Shown in pieces: positions 1 to 7,553 of a stretch of DNA of 20,000 bases. The stretch comes from an uncultured virus (IMG/VR IMGVR_UViG_3300010885_062120) (lineage: Duplodnaviria > Heunggongvirae > Uroviricota > Caudoviricetes), in the IMG/VR virus record IMGVR_UViG_3300010885_062120; one strand, given 5' to 3'. Both the position numbers and the translations under genes were made by a program. The notes beneath the pieces were generated by a model, which ran no database searches, was not told the origin of the DNA, and worked only from the letters and a program-made list of their open reading frames with translations. The number at the start of each line of letters is the position of its first letter. Position 1 is the first letter of the stretch.

Positions 1-570
1 TTTAGAGCAGATAAGCAAACAGAACTATTAAATTTAAAGAAAAATCAATTTGGACATACAGTAGCAAGTGAATCTTCTGATGAATCTACAACTGACAATG
101 TAAAACTTAGATTTGGAGGATCTGGAACAGGAATTGTTGCACATGTTGATCTGTTTGATTCGCCTCATTTAAAGAAATTTATTCAGGATAGCGATTTAGA
201 TGGCATGGACATTCCTGAAGATCAAGATGTAGAAGAAATTGATTTATCAGAAGAAGAAATTATTCCAACTGAAGACATTATTAATTTCAATAAAGAAAGG
301 CCATCTACATTAGAAGAATTTGATGTTTATGCAAATTCTATACTGGGTGTTCCTACTCCACAACCCGTTAATAATGCTGTAAAAAAGACATTTGCTTCTA
401 CTTCTGCTTCTAAGCCATGTAGTTATTGCAATTGCAAAATTAAAAAAGATGCAAAGTTTTGCTCAAATTGTGGATCTCCACAAACACAAGCTCAGTTTTG
501 TAAGAATTGTGGCAACAAATTTCTTGCTCAAGAAAACTTTTGTTCTGAATGTGGGACTAAAAGAGAATAG
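1..570 (+). CDS. 5'-truncated protein with acidic linker and C-terminal double zinc ribbon (DZR)
   Basis: Frame 1 is open from base 1 (FRADKQTELL...) through the listed 205..570 ORF, so the true start is probably upstream of the window. The C-terminus has four CxxC pairs (CSYC, CSNCG, CKNCG, CSECG) in the K-x-x-AKFCxxCG pattern typical of DZR domains. Confidence 0.85.
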   Translation, partial: FRADKQTELLNLKKNQFGHTVASESSDESTTDNVKLRFGGSGTGIVAHVDLFDSPHLKKFIQDSDLDGMDIPEDQDVEEIDLSEEEIIPTEDIINFNKERPSTLEEFDVYANSILGVPTPQPVNNAVKKTFASTSASKPCSYCNCKIKKDAKFCSNCGSPQTQAQFCKNCGNKFLAQENFCSECGTKRE

Positions 571-598
571 GTTACTTTACTTCAAATGTAGAAAATTT
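568..598 (+). promoter_or_regulatory. Candidate phage promoter, AGGT-N16-TAGAAA (copy 1)
   Basis: AGGT at 569-572 and TAGAAA at 589-594. The same boxes and spacing recur at 13652-13677. Lies just upstream of the GAAGGAG Shine-Dalgarno of the 619 gene. Confidence 0.4.
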
Positions 599-618
599 GA
601 AGAAGGAGTAAATTTCTT

Positions 619-1362
619 ATGAGCTGGTACAGAAAAGCTAAACAAGTAATTGCATTAAGGAAAAATATGTTGAGGGCCGACATCCACGTTCATGCGGGAG
701 ATGTGGCTGATTTTACTGATGATCAAGTCAGAAATGCAACTATTAAATCTATTCTTAGCGCATCAATTATCAAAGGACTTGATATCATAGGTATTGTTGC
801 TCACGACGGCCCTTATATGGGACAGGCCGCAATACAAATAGCTACTAGTGAAGGCTTAGATCTTTGGGTTATATCAGGTCAAGAATATGTATGCTCTGAT
901 AAAATTAGAATTATAGCATATAATTTAGAAAAGCCTTTACCAGCAAATATGGATTACAAAACAGCTGCAGAATATACTCACAAAAATAATGGCCTGATAA
1001 TGCTTGTAGACCTTACAAGAAGACAGGCACAAGTAGTTAACAAGTTTGTCAACACATCTGCTGCTCCAGACGCGATAGAGTTATACAATGCTGCGGTTGG
1101 CTGGTACATGGATATAGACATCGAACAAAGTTATTTTCAATTTATGAACTCTGCTGCAAAAAGTGCAAAAATGTTAGAGGAAACAAACGTTTACACACTT
1201 ATTAGCAGAAAAGATATTGAAAAACTTGGGTTTATACCACCTGGTGCTGGTAAAGATTATATTCCTAAATATTTGAAAAGACAAGATGTTGTAGATGAAC
1301 AAGAAGCTCAACAAGCAGCACAAGCACAACCACAAGCACAAGGAGTAGGCGGAAATGTCTAG
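619..1362 (+). CDS. PHP (polymerase/histidinol phosphatase)-fold protein, probably catalytically degenerate
   Basis: RADIHVH, KGLDIIGIVAHD, ISGQE and DAIELYN match PHP motifs (DLHxH, GLD.IAITDH, GxE, D.IE..N). The terminal GSDAH motif appears as NSAAK. Strong SD AAGGAG at about 603-608. Confidence 0.75.
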   Translation: MSWYRKAKQVIALRKNMLRADIHVHAGDVADFTDDQVRNATIKSILSASIIKGLDIIGIVAHDGPYMGQAAIQIATSEGLDLWVISGQEYVCSDKIRIIAYNLEKPLPANMDYKTAAEYTHKNNGLIMLVDLTRRQAQVVNKFVNTSAAPDAIELYNAAVGWYMDIDIEQSYFQFMNSAAKSAKMLEETNVYTLISRKDIEKLGFIPPGAGKDYIPKYLKRQDVVDEQEAQQAAQAQPQAQGVGGNV

Positions 1363-1849
1363 AAAATACTGTTCAGTGGCAGATGTTAAGCAATATTTAC
1401 CACAAAATATTATTGTTGAAGGGCAAAATCCTGATCCAAATCCTTTCAATCCAGCTCCAGAAACTTTGCCTTCTATTAATATAGATTTTTTTATTGAACA
1501 AGCTTGTATTCAAATCGATTCTGCGCTTGCTACAATTTATGATGTTCCATTGAAAAAGACTAACTTTGGTGGAGAAATTGGTTATCCACCACCAATTCAA
1601 GCAGTTGCAGCTTTGCTTACATCTCAAATGATTTGGGAACAAAGACTCCAGGGCACAGACAGTCAACGAAGTGAATCTCAAAAGGAAAGAGAAAAATGGG
1701 CACAAAGTGAACTTATGCTCATTCAAAATGGAGAGAGAAGACTCATTGGCCAAAGGGCTACTAGGGGCAATAGATACATTAGAAACACGGCGTTGGATAT
1801 TCCAAAAAACCCTGTAAAAGATGGTCAATCTAAGGGTTCTCAAAGATAA
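1355..1849 (+). CDS. Head-tail adaptor/connector, Mu gp36 (DUF1320)-like
   Basis: YCSVADV...IEQACIQIDSALATIYDVPL...PPPIQAVAALL...W...L.LIQNG matches the DUF1320/gp36 pattern (Y.T..D, I..A...ID.YL..RY.VPL, P..L......IA). Overlaps the previous stop by 8 nt. Confidence 0.8.
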   Translation: MSRKYCSVADVKQYLPQNIIVEGQNPDPNPFNPAPETLPSINIDFFIEQACIQIDSALATIYDVPLKKTNFGGEIGYPPPIQAVAALLTSQMIWEQRLQGTDSQRSESQKEREKWAQSELMLIQNGERRLIGQRATRGNRYIRNTALDIPKNPVKDGQSKGSQR

Positions 1850-1874
1850 AAAATTTTATTTAAATGGTTAAAGC

Positions 1875-2654
1875 ATGCAACAAAGTATATATGAAACTTT
1901 CCAAGCAATCTTGTTTTTGGAAATGCCTAAAAATGATGCTGGCAACATAATTGTATTTGATAGAGAAATTAAAGGCTGGAGCTTAGGTGACAGAAGGCTT
2001 AAGCCTGCCACACCCGCTATTGTCATATACGGTTCATCATTAAATAAAAAAGAAATTGCAACTCTGGCATATGAAACAGAACATGTCATTACAATCAAGT
2101 TAGAAACTGGGAATGATGACCAGGTCATCAGTGCATCTTTACTGCAAGAATTTGAAAGATTAGTTAATGAAATTTTTTCTACACATAGGCAAATCTGGAT
2201 CATTGACAAATGTCCGATTTGTATGAAAAAAACATTATCACCACAACATTTCTTGATAGAGCACTCAGATATATTTCAAAGCTATGCAGATAATGCAGTT
2301 GCAAATTTAGAAACATTATGGGCAGAAACGCACACAACTGCCATGCCTGAAATTGCTGAATCTAGAAAAGCTTCTTTGGCTTTTGATGGTGTATTTGAAG
2401 ATATAAAAAATAATAGACCAATTGAAAGACTTAATGCAGAAAGCAAAAGAGCATTCGATTTTATGGTTAAAAATAAAATGAAACCAATAAGGCTGTTATA
2501 TGATACAAAAATATCTGACATTAAACCAACAGATAATGGTATCGACAAACAAACTTATCATATAGGTGAAATAACTATTCGCGCCCTGGAAGTTACTAGG
2601 ATTTCGTCTTCTGGCCCAGATGGTGTATCAACTGATGCTTGGAGCATCAGATAA
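1875..2654 (+). CDS. Probable tail terminator/neck protein with a central insertion containing a C2H2-like zinc finger
   Basis: Follows the adaptor. The PAIVIY strand, alternating strand VITIKLE, helix LLQEFERLVNEIF and terminal strand IGEITIRALE resemble gpU-like tail completion proteins. CPIC-x8-H-x4-H at 2211-2264. Confidence 0.5.
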   Translation: MQQSIYETFQAILFLEMPKNDAGNIIVFDREIKGWSLGDRRLKPATPAIVIYGSSLNKKEIATLAYETEHVITIKLETGNDDQVISASLLQEFERLVNEIFSTHRQIWIIDKCPICMKKTLSPQHFLIEHSDIFQSYADNAVANLETLWAETHTTAMPEIAESRKASLAFDGVFEDIKNNRPIERLNAESKRAFDFMVKNKMKPIRLLYDTKISDIKPTDNGIDKQTYHIGEITIRALEVTRISSSGPDGVSTDAWSIR

Positions 2655-5600
2655 TGAGTGTATCTCGCACAGGTTTAAAAAAGATCGCACAAAATCTAGG
2701 ATTGGCCCAATCAGCAATTTTAGACAAATTTGGCGATATTTCTAAAAACCCAGCAGTAATGATTGAGCTTGAAGCTATAATGTGTAGGTTAAGAGGTAGC
2801 ACACTTTTCTACAATGATGATTATAGCAAAATGTATTATCCTGCAGATAATACATTTAATTTTGTTAAATTTCCCAGCAATGATGTTATAGGACTTGGAA
2901 TACAAGGTGCTAATTTCTTTTTAGACAACACAGCGGCTGGTATTGGGTATACTGGAGTTGGAGCAGGCAGTCATTGGAATCCAGGTTACTATGGGCCACC
3001 TTGCCCTGAAGGGTTTGGAGTCTGGGATTACAACGCCTGGGCTTTTTACAATATTAGTAAACCTTCCCTTAATCCAAATGAAACAAGTTATAGTTTAAGA
3101 TTAGATTATAAGTTTCCTGTAAGGAACTTGTCTAGTTCAACAACATATGTTATAGTTCCTTTCTTCGAGCATGCAAGATACATATCAATTAAAAACACAA
3201 GTACTACAGTTGGGTATGATGATGCAATATGGCAATTTACGCTCACAAGCGAACAATTGTATGGATACAAATTAAAAGATTATCAAACTGATTTACCACT
3301 AGACATCAGATTTATGTATGCACCCAAGCTCATACAAGGATATTCTTCCGGCTGGGAATATGTTGATGTGGATCACACATTAAATACAGAACTTGAATAT
3401 TTATCATATACGCTATCAGACAATAATGACGGAACATATGCAGTTGAGATAAACATTCCTAATGATTTATTATATTCACCGCACGGTGGATCAACACAAA
3501 ACAACCATGTAGCAAATAAATATTGGCATATTATTATGTTTTGGGGAACAATTGACGAAGAGGCATTTAAAAATATTGTAACGTTCAGAACTCTAAAATC
3601 AGATAATGTTACCCCTATTCCTCTTAGAGTTGCTTCAGATTACAAAGTTTGGCCTGTAAAGCATTTCTTCAGAAAAGATATAGCTACAAAAATAAAGTGG
3701 CTGCCTAATTCCATAAATGAATTAGGAACTAAAAATTTAACTGGCGCGAATAGGCAATATTTAATTGCTACAGGGCGCCAACATTTTATATTTGAAGATA
3801 AGGAAATTTACGGTTCTTATTCAAATCCTTCAATTCCAAGCAAGTATTCTTTACCCAACACCTTAATTGATGATTCAAGTGTAAATTCTATTTCAAATAC
3901 AGTAACGTCTTTGGCCGAAGATCAATATCAAAGCGCCTTGTTTGTAGGCAAAACTTCTGGGGAATCAGGCATCAATAATACGGTTGAATATTTACTTGTA
4001 TTAGGTCCAGAATTTTATTCTGATTTTGCCAGACCAGATTGGGAAAACTTTGAATATTACCCGCCTGTACCAAAAGATTACACAGAATTAGCAAAATTAA
4101 TAATTAAAAGAGCACCTGCAGAATCTTTTGGCGGATTAGAATATACAAATGATAGCGGTTCGCAAGTTTTTGATCCATTTAACACAACTACACAGGTGAC
4201 AATTCTGCAAAATTCTGTCATTCATTGGTACAGACAGAGTGTTGTGTCTCACGCAGTTGTGCCACTTGCTGATAGATTACTTGCCAGTAGATTAATGCCA
4301 GGATTCTATACATTCCTAAAACAAATCAGACTTGACAAGGGTGAAGATCCAGCTGTATCCTCAGGGGCTAAATTAATGCCATATAGCGCCCAGATACCAA
4401 CAAGTATAGTAAACAGTCGCGCGGCACTATCAATCGCCGCAGATCAAGGCTCTACTATCTTTAGGAAATTACTTAAAAGACCTTATGCTGACATTTTACA
4501 GCCTGAAACAAACGAGTCTTTGGCTATTCAATTTGATCCAGAAGGCATTAAGCTCATTGAGTCTATAGCATCGTTGCCACCATCAACAGAAATGGTAAGA
4601 TTAAATTCAGATTTTTTATTTTTAAGAAATAAAAAAATAAATATACCAACTACATTAGAAATATTTCATGAACCAAGTGATAATTGTACTGCGGCTGATG
4701 CAAGTACTTCAGGTTCCAAAGTTGGTTTAGATTATACTTTTAGATTGCACCTTGAAGACCAAAGCGAAAATGTACTTGTCAAAGACTGGAGAATTAATGC
4801 AAGCAAATATTTTCTTACAGTTGATGAATACAATACAAGAATAGCACAAGAGCAAACTGTTGTAGGATACTATACAAAAGAGAATTTAGATACAATAGAT
4901 GAGTGGAGACTACAAGGCTATGCAGGAGTCGTGCCAGACCTTGTGATGGGTGAATTAAGAGTCCTAAACACAAGATATGTTTCTCCACCAGATAGCACAC
5001 AGCAAACAGAAGAGCAATTCAGATCAAATTTAGCAGCACAAGGTTTAACTCAAGAACAAATTGACGAAAGAGTGTTGCAATATCTTGAAGCTGGCGGAAC
5101 ATTCTATACTATAGATTTAAATAAATATAATAATGAATTTGTGACTGTCAGAGATGCTTCGTTATCAATTACAACATTTACAATGGATACTATTCCTTGG
5201 TTTGGTGATAATTTGGTAGATTTCAACAAAGTTCAAGAAACAGAACCAGACCCAATTTATTACAGCACCCTTTACGCAGACTCTTTTACAATCGGTAATG
5301 AGGGTGTGTCTATAGGCACATTGGAAGCGTTTGATAGACTTGCGTCAGCTTACTATGATCAAAGCTTTGATGTTGGCGCACTAGCATCAGATATGAATTT
5401 AGAATGGAATAAATATGGATTCAAATTCAATTCAGGGTCTGGTGGTTCTTTTACAGATATTGGCTTATATCTTAAAGCAAATCTTTTTGCACTAGCTGAC
5501 ACTACTTTATCAAACAGCGGAATAATAACGCTGAAAATTTATGATAATAATTCTGGTACTCCAGGGAATTTAATTTCAACAAGCAGTGATTCAATAAGCT

Positions 5601-6688
5601 ATGCAAATATATTAGAAACTTATGCTCAATACAGATGGAGTATAACTGGCAATCTACTAGCAAGTACAGAATATTGGGTTGTATTAGAATTATCAAGCAC
5701 ACCGCAAGGTGGAGATATATCATTAGCTTCTATAAACCCCTATGCTGATTTTACTTATCAAGAATTGAGTTCAGAGGCATTCTCATTTGTATCACTCATA
5801 GATACAAATAGTGTGTCGTTCTCAATTCCTTTAAAGGCTGTCTTAAATAGCGACAATGCCACAGGCGCATTGACAAATGCATCAGGTCAAGTAAATATAA
5901 ATATTTATTCTGATAATAATGGTGTTATTGATAGCAAATTATTTACAGCAGATAATGTTAATTTTGCAGATCTTACAGAAGAATTTGTGAATTATTCATT
6001 CACCGCATCTGATATATCTGTGACCTTCAATAAAGACACTAAATACTGGGTTGTTATTACAGAAAGCGTAAGGACGAGGGGCGGAGTTATTAATTCTGAT
6101 CTAAACGCAATAACAATTGATCCAATTAAATTTAGATTAGAGGATACTGGCAGATATACAATTTGGAATGATGTCAATAAAAAAGTATGGATGATATTAT
6201 TTAATGATTTTCCAGAAGTATATGGTGTATTTAATAGAGAAAATAGTGGTATTTTTAAATGGCTACCAGGCCCAAATTTAAGTAGGCAAACTTCACAACT
6301 GTATCAAAAAGAAGGATATTGGTCTTTCACCGCAAAGCAATTTGAAGAACCTTCATATATTTATATTTATCCAAGAGCCGTAGGTACAGTAGATGCCATA
6401 CCGCCAAATGCAGATTCAGTTTTAGATTTTGCAATACCGCCTGATAACTGGACATATGTACCATACCAAAGAGATATTTATGTATCAATAAGATTAATTT
6501 GTGGCGGTAAGCTTACAGATTATTTGATTCATTTAGATCCAACCAGCACTCCTGAGCCATATCTTGTAAATCCTGACCAAAAAGCAGAAAGTATTGCATA
6601 TGTATACATAGCCAAGACTTTAGCAGAGCTTCAAAATGGAACTCACGGTGCACCAGCGGGAGACAGATTGGTAATTAGGAGTTCATAA
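2654..6688 (+). CDS. Large (1344 aa) virion structural protein, tail-tip/fibre-like, with two tandem beta-sandwich repeats
   Basis: The ATG at 2654 overlaps the upstream TAA (TAATG) and is preferred over the listed TTG at 2639. Rich in S/T/N/Y/W beta-strands. Two IY(D/S)xNxG...YWVV repeats at about 5411-5730 and 5774-6100. Lies in the tail gene block. Confidence 0.65.
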   Translation: MSVSRTGLKKIAQNLGLAQSAILDKFGDISKNPAVMIELEAIMCRLRGSTLFYNDDYSKMYYPADNTFNFVKFPSNDVIGLGIQGANFFLDNTAAGIGYTGVGAGSHWNPGYYGPPCPEGFGVWDYNAWAFYNISKPSLNPNETSYSLRLDYKFPVRNLSSSTTYVIVPFFEHARYISIKNTSTTVGYDDAIWQFTLTSEQLYGYKLKDYQTDLPLDIRFMYAPKLIQGYSSGWEYVDVDHTLNTELEYLSYTLSDNNDGTYAVEINIPNDLLYSPHGGSTQNNHVANKYWHIIMFWGTIDEEAFKNIVTFRTLKSDNVTPIPLRVASDYKVWPVKHFFRKDIATKIKWLPNSINELGTKNLTGANRQYLIATGRQHFIFEDKEIYGSYSNPSIPSKYSLPNTLIDDSSVNSISNTVTSLAEDQYQSALFVGKTSGESGINNTVEYLLVLGPEFYSDFARPDWENFEYYPPVPKDYTELAKLIIKRAPAESFGGLEYTNDSGSQVFDPFNTTTQVTILQNSVIHWYRQSVVSHAVVPLADRLLASRLMPGFYTFLKQIRLDKGEDPAVSSGAKLMPYSAQIPTSIVNSRAALSIAADQGSTIFRKLLKRPYADILQPETNESLAIQFDPEGIKLIESIASLPPSTEMVRLNSDFLFLRNKKINIPTTLEIFHEPSDNCTAADASTSGSKVGLDYTFRLHLEDQSENVLVKDWRINASKYFLTVDEYNTRIAQEQTVVGYYTKENLDTIDEWRLQGYAGVVPDLVMGELRVLNTRYVSPPDSTQQTEEQFRSNLAAQGLTQEQIDERVLQYLEAGGTFYTIDLNKYNNEFVTVRDASLSITTFTMDTIPWFGDNLVDFNKVQETEPDPIYYSTLYADSFTIGNEGVSIGTLEAFDRLASAYYDQSFDVGALASDMNLEWNKYGFKFNSGSGGSFTDIGLYLKANLFALADTTLSNSGIITLKIYDNNSGTPGNLISTSSDSISYANILETYAQYRWSITGNLLASTEYWVVLELSSTPQGGDISLASINPYADFTYQELSSEAFSFVSLIDTNSVSFSIPLKAVLNSDNATGALTNASGQVNINIYSDNNGVIDSKLFTADNVNFADLTEEFVNYSFTASDISVTFNKDTKYWVVITESVRTRGGVINSDLNAITIDPIKFRLEDTGRYTIWNDVNKKVWMILFNDFPEVYGVFNRENSGIFKWLPGPNLSRQTSQLYQKEGYWSFTAKQFEEPSYIYIYPRAVGTVDAIPPNADSVLDFAIPPDNWTYVPYQRDIYVSIRLICGGKLTDYLIHLDPTSTPEPYLVNPDQKAESIAYVYIAKTLAELQNGTHGAPAGDRLVIRSS

Positions 6689-6689
6689 A

Positions 6690-7544
6690 ATGACAGATAA
6701 AGGAATTGTAACAGCCAATTTATTAAATGAACTCATTTTAAATTTAGATAAAATGATAGTTGGAGAAGATATTTTTCTTGGCTTAGAAGAATTTTCATTA
6801 GGTTTGCCAGAAGCCTCTAGGGAAATCGACTTATGTTGGGGATTTGCGAAAGCTGAACCAAGTACATCTTCCCTAGCCTCTCACGAAGTAACTATAGGTA
6901 AAGGCGTAACTAGGAATAGCACTGGAGACCTAGACAGTGTACAATATGATTTTACTTCACTAGACCTAACAACTTTATTACCATCTGCAATAACCCTAAG
7001 TAATATATATGCTTTTGGTAGTATATATATGACACCAAATGTGACAATCGGGAATCCTCCAGATCTAGAAACCGTATTGATCAAAGGTGTTTCAGGTGGA
7101 GTAAATTTATTTATGGCTAATGATTTAAGTATTGAAACAATTTTTAATATGATGCAAACTGAAGAAGTTCCAGCAGCTGAAAAACCAGAATCAAATTCAT
7201 TAGAGATATATAAATTTTTATTAAATATAAATTATTATAATTCTTTATCTCCTGAATTAAAAGATGTTGAAATTTATTTCTTTGACAAAAGAATACCAAG
7301 GGGATGGGGTGGCTTTGCAGATGAGTTTATGGCTGCAAATATGACATCTTATATAGTATTTAAAAAAGAAGATTACTCTGGATACTTAGATACAATTCAA
7401 CAAAGTGTTTATAATATAGTAAAAAACTGGATTAACTTAAGGTCTTGGTCACCCAATTTCCTTGACTATTGGGACGCAAACTCTGCGAACATGCCTAGTA
7501 GACTAAGAGACTATTTAGAGCTTGAATTCAGTTTGATCATTTGA
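6690..7544 (+). CDS. Hypothetical virion protein, possible short paralog of the flanking tail-tip proteins
   Basis: 284-aa ORF separated by 1 nt from the previous stop. HEVTIGKGVTRNSTG and P...PESNSLEIYKFLL loosely match segments of its two neighbours. Confidence 0.55.
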   Translation: MTDKGIVTANLLNELILNLDKMIVGEDIFLGLEEFSLGLPEASREIDLCWGFAKAEPSTSSLASHEVTIGKGVTRNSTGDLDSVQYDFTSLDLTTLLPSAITLSNIYAFGSIYMTPNVTIGNPPDLETVLIKGVSGGVNLFMANDLSIETIFNMMQTEEVPAAEKPESNSLEIYKFLLNINYYNSLSPELKDVEIYFFDKRIPRGWGGFADEFMAANMTSYIVFKKEDYSGYLDTIQQSVYNIVKNWINLRSWSPNFLDYWDANSANMPSRLRDYLELEFSLII

Positions 7545-7553
7545 GGATAAAAA

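Noticed and set aside
1299..1341. CAAGCA-rich low-complexity repeat
   Set aside because: It simply encodes the Q/A-rich tail of the PHP protein and is not an independent element.
2639..2653. TTG start at 2639 for the large structural gene
   Set aside because: The ATG at 2654 overlapping the upstream TAA fits the coupling pattern of the operon better.
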